From an uncultured Candidatus Saccharibacteria bacterium (GTDB lineage Bacteria > Patescibacteriota > Doudnabacteria > UBA920): a stretch of DNA of 64,000 nt. Below are positions 29,113 through 37,226 of the stretch, in pieces (position 1 is the first letter of the stretch; each line of letters opens with the position of its first letter). The stretch is from NCBI GenBank assembly GCA_964617815.1, contig CAZTXY010000001.1:128-64127 (forward strand), written 5' to 3'. The translations under genes and the position numbers were made by a program. The notes under the pieces are model-generated. The model made no database searches. It saw only the letters and a program-made list of their open reading frames with translations, and was not told where the DNA came from.

Positions 29113-30733
29113 TGGTTTTTGTTTTAAAATTATTTAAAAAAGTCACCACACGCTCGTCTAATTTTATATCATTTACATGGATAGGGCGTTGAAGTGTAAT
29201 ACCCTGCAACGTGCGACAACGCGAAAGTGCTACATATAATTGCCCATGCGCAAATGTTCCCGTCCCTAAATCAATATGAACTTTACTAAAAGTTTTTCCT
29301 TGACCTTTGTGAATTGTCACAGCCCAAGCCAGCTTTATTGGATATTGCGTAAATGATCCGATTACTTCGCTTTCTATTTTATTTGTTTCTGAATCAAAGA
29401 CATACTTAAAAAATTCCCAAGTGTACGGCTCAATCTGCTGTGTCGTGCCGTCTTCCAACTCTACTATTATATTATCTGCCTTATCTTCCTGTTTTTGAAA
29501 ACTTAAAATTTTTCCCATGGTCCCGTTAACCCACCGGCTTTCCATGTCATTATTAAGCAACATAACCTGTGCACCCTCGCGCAACGTTACTATCTCTTCT
29601 GTAGGCAGACGACTACCTGAAAAAGTTCCGTGAAGACGCCCGCGATATTTTTTTGCCTCTCCAAAAAGTTTGTTTAAATGTGTCTGATTAATAGCTGAGG
29701 CACGGCTATTAGTCGTAGTCAAACTGATAATAAAATCCCCTTCCTCATATTGAAAATCTGGGTTAACCTGATTGTTTAAATGTGCCAAATCCTCATCTGT
29801 CGTGCAATTATCACGAACCGCATTTAATAAATTAATAAAGACTTCATCTTTTTGACGATAGACAGTTTCCAGTTCAATTAAACGGCAATCAATTTGGTTA
29901 AACACGTGAGCATCAAAAAAATATGGCGTAGCGTATTCTCCAAATAAATTAGCACCAGAATCCTCCGAAACGGCCTCCACAGGTGGAAGCTGGTAAAGGT
30001 CGCCAATAAAAACAAGCTGGTAACCCCCAAATGGGGCGTGCGAACTGCGACCATTAAGACGCAAAAATTTATCCAAACAATCCAAAAGGTCAGAGCGCAC
30101 CATAGAAATTTCGTCTATTATTATAGTGTTTAACTTTTGCAATAATTTTCTTTTTGGCTGATATGGCTTTAGCTGTTTTACTCGTCCAACAGTAATGTCT
30201 GCCGGAAAACCGCAAAACGAATGAATTGTTTGGCCTTCGACATTTAGCGCAGCCACTCCTGTTGGCGCTAACACCACAACCTGCTTTTCTGTGGTTGCCC
30301 GAAAATAATTTAGTAACGTAGATTTTCCCGTACCAGCACGTCCAGTAATAAAAACATTGCTATTGCTGTTATTTAAAATCTGCAGTGCATTTTTTATTTG
30401 TGGATTCTGGTCCATGACTGGAATTTCATGAATAGAGCCATGGGCGATACCAGATTTCTTTTTTTTGCTAAGTGTTCGAGCTGGATTTTTGGCACCTATT
30501 TTACTAAGCCGCGAAGTAATAGCCCCCGGGTTGCGTCCGTAATGACCAACGGCCCATTCGACAAAGCCCCCGTAATCTTCGGGCATGCCTTGTTCTTTTT
30601 GCATAAACTTTTCCCAATCCTGTTTTAATTCATCCAACTCTGAATCTTTCCAAGGCTCATAAGCACGCGGAAAAGTCTTGCGAATTTCCAAAAGTTCTTC
30701 TGGTGGTGGAATGCTATGTGCCATGATATTCAA
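29105..30733 (-). CDS. Pif1/RecD-like SF1 DNA helicase
   Basis: Walker A GRAGTGKST, DEISMV and the C-terminal TIHKGQGKTF motif. Confidence 0.75.
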   Translation of the reverse strand: MNIMAHSIPPPEELLEIRKTFPRAYEPWKDSELDELKQDWEKFMQKEQGMPEDYGGFVEWAVGHYGRNPGAITSRLSKIGAKNPARTLSKKKKSGIAHGSIHEIPVMDQNPQIKNALQILNNSNSNVFITGRAGTGKSTLLNYFRATTEKQVVVLAPTGVAALNVEGQTIHSFCGFPADITVGRVKQLKPYQPKRKLLQKLNTIIIDEISMVRSDLLDCLDKFLRLNGRSSHAPFGGYQLVFIGDLYQLPPVEAVSEDSGANLFGEYATPYFFDAHVFNQIDCRLIELETVYRQKDEVFINLLNAVRDNCTTDEDLAHLNNQVNPDFQYEEGDFIISLTTTNSRASAINQTHLNKLFGEAKKYRGRLHGTFSGSRLPTEEIVTLREGAQVMLLNNDMESRWVNGTMGKILSFQKQEDKADNIIVELEDGTTQQIEPYTWEFFKYVFDSETNKIESEVIGSFTQYPIKLAWAVTIHKGQGKTFSKVHIDLGTGTFAHGQLYVALSRCRTLQGITLQRPIHVNDIKLDERVVTFLNNFKTKTSE

Positions 30734-30817
30734 TAAAAATAAATAAGACTGCTATATATTACACTATATCAGATAAAGAAATTCTAAAGACTTTTAAATA
30801 AAATTTCTTTACATTTC

Positions 30818-30846
30818 TTGCGTATTTAAGCTAATAATTTTATACT
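30818..30846 (+). promoter_or_regulatory. sigma70-like promoter for the island-B gene (TTGCGT-17-TATACT)
   Basis: Hexamers with 17-nt spacer about 50 nt upstream of the ATG at 30897. Confidence 0.5.
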
Positions 30847-30896
30847 GTCGCTACTCGCACACCTCGAGACACTTGGAAAATCCTGTAGGAGGGAAG

Positions 30897-31445
30897 ATGA
30901 ACACAAGCCATCAAGAAGGCGTTGTGCGGTTGCAGAGCAGGCTGGGATTGCTTGGATTTAACTACTTTCCCCCGAAAAGCGGAAGGGATGACAAGAAGCA
31001 CTGCTTTTCAAAATCTGTCGGGCCTGCCCGCCACAAGACTGCAGTCCGAATTTGGCTGAAGCTTTTCAACGAAGGCTTCGGCAGCAAAGAACGGTATGCC
31101 GCTTCTATCATTCTGGTCGGCAATGGCTGGGGAGAACTCTGGAAGTTTAAATCCTTGGCCTGGAGCAAAAATCCTGAGGGAAATCTCAAACGCTTGTTTG
31201 CTAAAGCAAAGCTAGCAAGCAAATTTCTAGGCTCCCAGATTTACTGCCCCACTTTGGGGCACGGCTTGGGAAAAGGGATGAAACCCATTCTCGTCGCAGA
31301 CAGACGGCGACACATGACCATTGCCTGGCGCTGTTGCCACGCTGGATGTCAGTCGACTTTCAGGCTTGAAAGCAAACTCTCCAATGCAATCATGGTTCAG
31401 ACCGACAAGGCCTTTCTGCTTGAACTAGCGACCACTGGCGTCTAA
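30897..31445 (+). CDS. hypothetical Cys/His/Trp-rich protein in GC-rich island B
   Basis: 182 aa from the ATG at 30897, preceded by AGGAGG at 30887-30892; the ORF-track start at 30873 is TTG. About 50% GC; contains WRCCHAGC and YCPTLGHG. A stop-free 190-codon frame is improbable by chance. Confidence 0.5.
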   Translation: MNTSHQEGVVRLQSRLGLLGFNYFPPKSGRDDKKHCFSKSVGPARHKTAVRIWLKLFNEGFGSKERYAASIILVGNGWGELWKFKSLAWSKNPEGNLKRLFAKAKLASKFLGSQIYCPTLGHGLGKGMKPILVADRRRHMTIAWRCCHAGCQSTFRLESKLSNAIMVQTDKAFLLELATTGV

Positions 31446-31451
31446 CGCAAA

Positions 31452-31485
31452 GCGCCACAGCCTACCAACTGGTAGGTTGTGGCGC
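31452..31485. terminator. bidirectional terminator
   Basis: 15-bp stem GCGCCACAGCCTACC/GGTAGGTTGTGGCGC with one G-U pair, 4-nt loop, immediately after the island-B stop. Confidence 0.6.
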
Positions 31486-31497
31486 TAAAATTTTATA

Positions 31498-32211
31498 CTA
31501 ATACTTAATAAAGGTGTTTACTTTAGCCTTTGCTCTCAAATCGGCTAATAACTGATTGGAATGCTCAGATAATTTTTCTTGCTTTAAGCCTTCTTTTATC
31601 TGCTCTTTTGCTTCCTGTTCCTTACCTGCTTCTGGCGTAATGGAGTTGTCTTTCATATATTGCACGATCTCTTCGTCGGTAATGTTTACTTTATCACCGA
31701 GTATTTTTTCTACCTTCTTTTGAATTTCAATCTGATCACGTAAATCTTGGCGAGTCATCCCTTGAACCGCTAAGCTTTCGTCTAAGGTTCCCCCATTCGC
31801 CGAGAATTGATCTTCATATCGTTTTATATCTGGATCAATATCTGAATCGGTAATCACAATATTCATGTCACTTGCCGCCTTATTAACAAGCTGTTTGTTT
31901 ATCAACAATTCCAAAGCATCTTTTCCACCTTGCTTTTCAAGCTCTGAAATTACCGAAAAACGAGTAATTACATGGCCATCAACCGAAGCCACTACAACTA
32001 AATTACCGAACTTGTAAATTAATCCTGCCAAAATTAACAAGCAGCCAAGCACAATGGCGCCATTTAAAAATTTCTTTTTGTGCTTATCCCAAAAACTTCG
32101 ACTATTTAATTCCCCATTTTCTGAAACTAGAGAATTCCCCGTAACTGTTGCTAACTCACTGTCTTTTAAATTTTGTGTCTCAATTTGAGACTCATTTTGT
32201 TGTGTATCCAT
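31498..32211 (-). CDS. membrane-anchored SurA-N/PpiD-like chaperone domain protein
   Basis: N-terminal TM helix, then a SurA N-terminal-like helical domain (LINKQLVNKAASDMNIVITDSDID); no clear PPIase motif. Confidence 0.45.
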   Translation of the reverse strand: MDTQQNESQIETQNLKDSELATVTGNSLVSENGELNSRSFWDKHKKKFLNGAIVLGCLLILAGLIYKFGNLVVVASVDGHVITRFSVISELEKQGGKDALELLINKQLVNKAASDMNIVITDSDIDPDIKRYEDQFSANGGTLDESLAVQGMTRQDLRDQIEIQKKVEKILGDKVNITDEEIVQYMKDNSITPEAGKEQEAKEQIKEGLKQEKLSEHSNQLLADLRAKAKVNTFIKY

Positions 32212-32258
32212 TTATAAATAATATCATATAGGCAAAAAAATGCCAAAATAATGAAAAT

Positions 32259-32283
32259 GCAGGGAGCTTATTCAGCTCCCTGC
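32259..32283 (-). terminator. terminator after the island-C operon
   Basis: Perfect stem GCAGGGAGC/GCTCCCTGC followed by a T-run on the minus strand. Confidence 0.55.
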
Positions 32284-32313
32284 ATTAAGCGCGCGTAGTT
32301 TGCGCAAAAAAAT

Positions 32314-32562
32314 CTAGTGCGTTTCGCCCCGAAGGCGGACGACCCGAATGACGTGTGGCTTCACGTAATTCGGGTGACGATGACAGCCTGGGCAACCGAG
32401 CTGTAGTTCATACATCATGCCCATTTCTCGCTTTAGGCCTTCGGCCAAAGTAATGACTTCCTGTCTGGAGAACTCCTCAGGATCTAGCCTGGCGGTGAAC
32501 TCTCGTCCTGGCTGAAGCGCGATACTAACCCGCAAAATATCGCAAGGTGTTGCAAGTGACAT
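32314..32562 (-). CDS. small CPGC/His-motif protein, island-C paralogue 1
   Basis: 82 aa; AGGAGG RBS 5 nt upstream; C-terminal GCPGCHRHPNYVKPHVIRV; paralogous to the upstream gene. Confidence 0.5.
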   Translation of the reverse strand: MSLATPCDILRVSIALQPGREFTARLDPEEFSRQEVITLAEGLKREMGMMYELQLGCPGCHRHPNYVKPHVIRVVRLRGETH

Positions 32563-32576
32563 GGTTTCCTCCTGGC

Positions 32577-32855
32577 TTAACAGACATAGTCTGTGCCGGA
32601 TATGCTTGTGGCCACAGCCAGGTTTAAAACTTCCCGCCTGACCACCAGTACGTGATTAATCGGCTGGCCCTCATGACAACTACACCCAGGGCAACCGCCG
32701 CCGTGTTCCGTGACGCAGAACTCACGAGCAAGTTCTGCTTGCAAGCGCGCAATACGTTCAGCCGTAAACTGGTACCGCAACTCTGCGGCAAAGCTTTGGC
32801 CTTCGCGCAAAGTCCGAGCAAGAGCCATAACCCTTGCTGGCGTCATCAATTCCAT
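32577..32855 (-). CDS. small CPGC/His-motif protein, island-C paralogue 2
   Basis: 92 aa; GGGAGG RBS; C-terminal GGGCPGCSCHEGQPINHVLVV aligns with paralogue 1 (TP...L, GCPGC, HV..V.R). Confidence 0.5.
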   Translation of the reverse strand: MELMTPARVMALARTLREGQSFAAELRYQFTAERIARLQAELAREFCVTEHGGGCPGCSCHEGQPINHVLVVRREVLNLAVATSISGTDYVC

Positions 32856-32903
32856 GAGCCAACCTCCCTTCTCTCAAATGTCCTCCGTCAAAATCGATCC
32901 CAA

Positions 32904-32932
32904 AGTCTAGCACACTTACGTTAGTTAATCAA
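32904..32932 (-). promoter_or_regulatory. putative promoter for the island-C operon (TTGATT-17-TAGACT)
   Basis: Read on the minus strand between the terminator hairpin and the paralogue-2 start. Confidence 0.4.
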
Positions 32933-32940
32933 GGCAAACT

Positions 32941-32968
32941 AAAACGCCTTGGCAAGCCAAGGCGTTTT
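32941..32968. terminator. bidirectional terminator
   Basis: Perfect 12-bp stem AAAACGCCTTGG/CCAAGGCGTTTT; serves the pilin gene above it. Confidence 0.6.
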
Positions 32969-32982
32969 AGACTAACTATAAT

Positions 32983-33444
32983 TTATCTAGTTACTGAAAT
33001 AGTTTCCGACAACTCTGCGCTCGGCGCAGAGACTGTGATTCTGTTAGTAGTACTATCTTTTACAATACTATACCCAGTACTGTAGTCACTACTGCTGGCA
33101 AAGTGTGCACCACTACTTGATGGATCAAACGGTAAAGTAGATAAATAATTTGGAGAAAGGCAATTTGCAATATCATACCCGCCAGAACTTGCCATATTAC
33201 TAGCAGTTGTGGGAATGTCACCGCTACTGCAAGTAAAGACACCTTTATTATCAACCATATTTTGACCAACTGCATTTAAGATTGCATTAACATTACTAAC
33301 TCGCTGTGTATTGCGACTTTGTGCAAACTGTCGCCCTGGATTTATAGCGACTAAAACTATAGTTGCTAAGATTGCGATTATGCCAATTGCGACCAAGATT
33401 TCAATCAAAGTAAATCCCTTTTGGGGAAATTTATGTGAGTTCAT
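32983..33444 (-). CDS. pilA: type IV pilin (major pilin-like)
   Basis: Prepilin leader plus KGFTLIEILVAIGIIAILA N-methylation/cleavage motif. Confidence 0.8.
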   Translation of the reverse strand: MNSHKFPQKGFTLIEILVAIGIIAILATIVLVAINPGRQFAQSRNTQRVSNVNAILNAVGQNMVDNKGVFTCSSGDIPTTASNMASSGGYDIANCLSPNYLSTLPFDPSSSGAHFASSSDYSTGYSIVKDSTTNRITVSAPSAELSETISVTR

Positions 33445-33483
33445 ATTCTTAGCTATTAATTAGTAAATACTCAGCAACTAAGA

Positions 33484-33891
33484 TTAAGGCGGCTCCGATA
33501 ATTCTTGCAAAGAAAGAATTGAGCGCTCGGCCAATAATAATTCTGTTTTTAGAACTGTGGTACTTCCTCCAACGACTGCTTTAGTAATAATATTTGTACT
33601 TTCTGGGCTTGCATTAATAGAGAGTATCGAACAAAACTCTTCTGAACCTGTATTAACATCGCAAGGTAACTGTGGCCTAAAATAATTAACTGCTAATTTT
33701 AAAGCTAGTTTTTGACAAGACAATGCCAAATTATAACTTAGATCTTTATTTTCCAAAGCAATCTGACTTGATTGTGATAAACGCAAATGCGAACTAATGC
33801 TAACAACCGCCAAAGTCAGCAAGGCTGATAAAATAATACTAGTCGTTAAGGCAATATACCCTGACTCAGACGTAAAATTATTTGAATTCAT
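33484..33891 (-). CDS. pilin-like/pseudopilin protein with a degenerate N-terminus
   Basis: Hydrophobic N-terminal helix SGYIALTTSIILSALLTLAVV; sits in the pilus operon. Confidence 0.4.
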   Translation of the reverse strand: MNSNNFTSESGYIALTTSIILSALLTLAVVSISSHLRLSQSSQIALENKDLSYNLALSCQKLALKLAVNYFRPQLPCDVNTGSEEFCSILSINASPESTNIITKAVVGGSTTVLKTELLLAERSILSLQELSEPP

Positions 33892-33894
33892 ATA

Positions 33895-34359
33895 TTAATA
33901 GTAATAATCAGACTCAACCAATCTTCCATTTAATCTGTATGTAGCTCTAATATATCCAGGAGATAAAATTGTCGCTGAGTAATTAGTAAACTGCGCTTCC
34001 GAAACACTAACAAGTTGTCCGACTAGAACTACTGGCTCTTCTGTCTCGCACCAAGTTTGCATATTTCCTAAACTAAAAATACATACCCTCCCATCAAATA
34101 ACTTAATTTCTAATATGTCATCACTTTGCGCCTGTACTGGAAGTAAGATTTCATCTGCCGAATCCACGAACAAATTTAATCTGTAGTTGATAAATCTTTG
34201 TTCCTGCATAACAATAAAATTTTGCTCAATCTGATTTCCTCCAAGCACTAAACTGTAACCACTAATTACCGCAACTGACATAAGTGTAGAAAAAAGTGCT
34301 GTATACATAACAGTTTCGATTAAAGTAAAACCTTGGATAAATTGCATATTTTTCTTCAT
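33895..34359 (-). CDS. minor type IV pilin (prepilin-type N-terminal domain)
   Basis: QGFTLIETVMYTALF motif. Confidence 0.7.
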   Translation of the reverse strand: MKKNMQFIQGFTLIETVMYTALFSTLMSVAVISGYSLVLGGNQIEQNFIVMQEQRFINYRLNLFVDSADEILLPVQAQSDDILEIKLFDGRVCIFSLGNMQTWCETEEPVVLVGQLVSVSEAQFTNYSATILSPGYIRATYRLNGRLVESDYYY

Positions 34360-35762
34360 GGCTGACCCCTTATAACTACAAAACTCGGAGTTCCTTCATT
34401 AACTCCATATAGATTTGAATTTTCGCAATCCATATCAACTAAAGTCCCAGGCAAGTCTAGACTTGATAATAAACTTGGATTATTTGAATTAGTTATATCC
34501 CATACCTGATACTCTTTATTAACATCGGACGTTCCTATAAATAAGAATTGGTGATGAGCAATCATTGCTTTTATGCTAGATCCTGTGTCTTTAGAAAAAT
34601 TAGTAAAAAAGCTTTGATCTATAACAACACTTAAACCAAATAATTCATGCTCTAAAACATTATTAAAACCCCCGACCGATCGACCAAAAAAGATACTAGT
34701 TCCTAAAACAGACAAACTCTCACCATCTTGCCTTTGCCAGCCTGGGGCTGAAAAGTTAGAAACTATAACTACTTGACTTGGATTGCTTACATTTAAGGTA
34801 CGGAGTTGTTGTTCTGTGCTTGTGGCAATAAAGGCCAAGTTGTTACTTAAAAAAATATCATTTACCACTGTGTTTGTTTCAAAACTTCCTAAAAGATTCG
34901 GATTTTGTGGATCGCTAACATCAATAACATTAAATTCTGGCCCATTGGCTTTGGTTAGTCCTAAATAAATTTTGTTCTCTGAAAACCACAAACTCCGCCC
35001 AACCCCAGCACCATTACTTACAATTACTCCTGGAATTTTATAACTACTTATTAATTGTGGTTGTGTGGGATCACTAATATTGATAATTTGAAGTTGGCTA
35101 TTTGTACTAGTATTAGCCACGTATGCAAAATTTCCTGCAACATGAACAGCCACTAACCCTGGACCCGTATTTAAAGCTGCACTAATAACAGGACTCCCCT
35201 GTATAGAAAGATCAAAAATATAAAAATCTGGCTCACTTGGTAAGTTTGAGTCTGTAGTGATATAAGCAAAACCATTTAATACATCAATGCCTGTTGGCTT
35301 ATTATTTTGAGCAAGACTTGTGCTACTAATAATTTGGGGTTGAGACCAGTCACCATTTAAAAATAAATCACACGTACTACTTCCCAAACCTGACTGCCAA
35401 TTTGTAACTACTGTTTTTCTTTCCAACTCACTCTGATTTTGCTTTAAATCTGTCCAAATCACCGTAAGTATTACTAACTTTGTCCAAGGATCAACGTCCT
35501 CTACTTTTTGTTTTACAATAAAACCATCTTTTGAATACTCTGTACTATAAACATCATAAAAATTATTGTTAGATAAAATTTGTATTTCACGGATTTTTTG
35601 AGAAATTAATTCCTGAGCAGAAGCACGGATTTGTAAATCTACAAGATTGCTGTGTATCTCTAAAATTGGAACTGTTGTTGCTGAAATACAAAATACAACT
35701 ACAGAAAATGCAATTAAAATTTCTAAAGTACTAAAACCACTCTCTGGTTTTTTCACTACCAT
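34356..35762 (-). CDS. pilin-like protein fused to an LVIVD-repeat (beta-propeller-like) domain; candidate pilus tip or adhesin
   Basis: N-terminal SGFSTLEILIAFSVV pilin-like helix; repeated NxSxPxQPxLxSS modules (INISDPTQPQLISS, IDVSDPQNPNLLGS, LNVSNPSQVVIVS, DITNSNNPSLLSS). Confidence 0.55.
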   Translation of the reverse strand: MVVKKPESGFSTLEILIAFSVVVFCISATTVPILEIHSNLVDLQIRASAQELISQKIREIQILSNNNFYDVYSTEYSKDGFIVKQKVEDVDPWTKLVILTVIWTDLKQNQSELERKTVVTNWQSGLGSSTCDLFLNGDWSQPQIISSTSLAQNNKPTGIDVLNGFAYITTDSNLPSEPDFYIFDLSIQGSPVISAALNTGPGLVAVHVAGNFAYVANTSTNSQLQIINISDPTQPQLISSYKIPGVIVSNGAGVGRSLWFSENKIYLGLTKANGPEFNVIDVSDPQNPNLLGSFETNTVVNDIFLSNNLAFIATSTEQQLRTLNVSNPSQVVIVSNFSAPGWQRQDGESLSVLGTSIFFGRSVGGFNNVLEHELFGLSVVIDQSFFTNFSKDTGSSIKAMIAHHQFLFIGTSDVNKEYQVWDITNSNNPSLLSSLDLPGTLVDMDCENSNLYGVNEGTPSFVVIRGQP

Positions 35763-36253
35763 AAAATTCCTCCTTTGCTGTTGACTCTTAGTTCTTTTTG
35801 CCTCTGCCCTAAACTCAAATTAAAAATCACTGGCGAAACCGTCTGTCCAGTCAGCGGCAAAAAAGCTACAACCTGTGGCTCACCAGTGCTTCCAATTGTA
35901 ACGAAATCTTCCATAACTATAGTACTAGATTGATTTTGATTATACTTATTACCGGCAAAAAGAATAATTTTAGAACTTGTTAATTGCACGCCATAACCAC
36001 TCCCATTCAAATTTGCCATCGACAACGCCCTAGCATAATACAAATAATTTAAAACTAACTGAGTTTGATTCGAAAAAAGATGTCCCCGATAACCATCAAA
36101 ACTAATGACTAAACCAAGCCCAAGTAAACTTGACCACAAAGCCATTACAAAGATTATTTCAATTAAAGTAAATCCATTAGGGACGGAAGCTTTGAGTAAT
36201 GCCATAGATAGGAGTAATAATAGAAACAGCAATAAAACCGACAAGAAGTCCAA
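35756..36253 (-). CDS. minor pilin (GspH/FimT-like)
   Basis: NGFTLIEIIFVMALW motif; the true start is probably the internal Met near 36205. Confidence 0.6.
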   Translation of the reverse strand: MDFLSVLLLFLLLLLSMALLKASVPNGFTLIEIIFVMALWSSLLGLGLVISFDGYRGHLFSNQTQLVLNYLYYARALSMANLNGSGYGVQLTSSKIILFAGNKYNQNQSSTIVMEDFVTIGSTGEPQVVAFLPLTGQTVSPVIFNLSLGQRQKELRVNSKGGILW

Positions 36254-37226
36254 GACCTATTAACAACGCCGGCTCCATAAGAGTATTTACACGCTTAACC
36301 AAAGCGTCTAACTCTTGTTCATAGTAATCGGCTAAAAATAAAAATGTCTGAGAGAATTGCCCAGAAGATTCTGCAGCCTCTACCATTTGACTAAAGGTTA
36401 AAGGCCACAAACTTTTTTCTAGATACAAAGAACCTGCAACCGGTCTCCCTTCTTTAATTTCTGCTGATATTTTAAAAAGATTACTTTTATACCGGCTTGG
36501 TATTTTACTGTTTGCAACTGTTTGAAGGGCAAAAAAAATATCAGAGCTATAAATTAAACTAATACCTAACATTCGTGCTATATAACTTGTGTAATAAAAA
36601 CGGAGACAGTCACCGGCAATCCATAGATGTAATATAAAATTAAAAATAACTTTAACAGCGGGTGTTTTAATTAAAATAAATATTGCGACACCGATTAAAG
36701 CTACCAAACTCACAATTAACACTAGCCAATGTTCCGAAATTAAGTTTGTAACAAAGATAAGCATCCTTGTCGTCCAGGGTAGAGTGACATGCAAACTCGC
36801 AAACACAGGCATAATTTTGGGAAAAAGGTATCCAAGCAATAAACCACCTAACACAATAGTTGCAAAACAAATCACTGCTGGATATAAAAATATCCCGACA
36901 ATTTTTTGTTGTAAAATTTTTTGTTTTTCCAACAATCCTGCAGCATAATCTAAACACTCGACTAAATGGCCAGAGTTTTCACCAACTTCCAAAATTGCAA
37001 ACACTGTGGGGTTTACTCTCGTGCTTACTTTTTCTAAAGTTACAGATAAAAGCTCACCTCTCGCCACTGCCTTAGTTAATCTGTCAAAACTATTTTTTTG
37101 TTTGGGCTCGCTGCTTTTTGCTAAAAACTCAAGAGCCAAACCAAGGGGTAACCCAGACTTAAGCAATAACGCCAAGCGTTTGCATAAAATTACTACATGA
37201 CTTCCCCGTAACTTACCGTTGTTCAT
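36177..37226 (-). CDS. pilC: type IV pilus assembly platform protein PilC (GspF family)
   Basis: GspF-domain motifs and 3 TM helices; 349 aa. Confidence 0.75.
   Translation of the reverse strand: MNNGKLRGSHVVILCKRLALLLKSGLPLGLALEFLAKSSEPKQKNSFDRLTKAVARGELLSVTLEKVSTRVNPTVFAILEVGENSGHLVECLDYAAGLLEKQKILQQKIVGIFLYPAVICFATIVLGGLLLGYLFPKIMPVFASLHVTLPWTTRMLIFVTNLISEHWLVLIVSLVALIGVAIFILIKTPAVKVIFNFILHLWIAGDCLRFYYTSYIARMLGISLIYSSDIFFALQTVANSKIPSRYKSNLFKISAEIKEGRPVAGSLYLEKSLWPLTFSQMVEAAESSGQFSQTFLFLADYYEQELDALVKRVNTLMEPALLIGLGLLVGFIAVSIITPIYGITQSFRP

Noticed and set aside
30873-31445. GC-rich 570-nt stretch first suspected to be a structured RNA (RNase P RNA, tmRNA or OMEGA/HEARO-like)
   Set aside because: No RNase P P4 motifs, no tRNA-like 3' end or tag-peptide reading frame. 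It has a promoter, an AGGAGG RBS, an ATG, a 183-codon stop-free frame and a terminator, so a protein gene is the better reading. The ORF-track start at 30873 is a TTG; the ATG at 30897 is preferred.
32624-32924. Overlapping ORFs inside island C on both strands (32624..32821 -, 32652..32924 +, 32710..32910 +)
   Set aside because: They are composition artefacts of a 60% GC segment. They have no RBS or promoter and yield Arg/Ala-rich antisense-like translations. The two paralogous minus-strand genes with RBSs explain the region.
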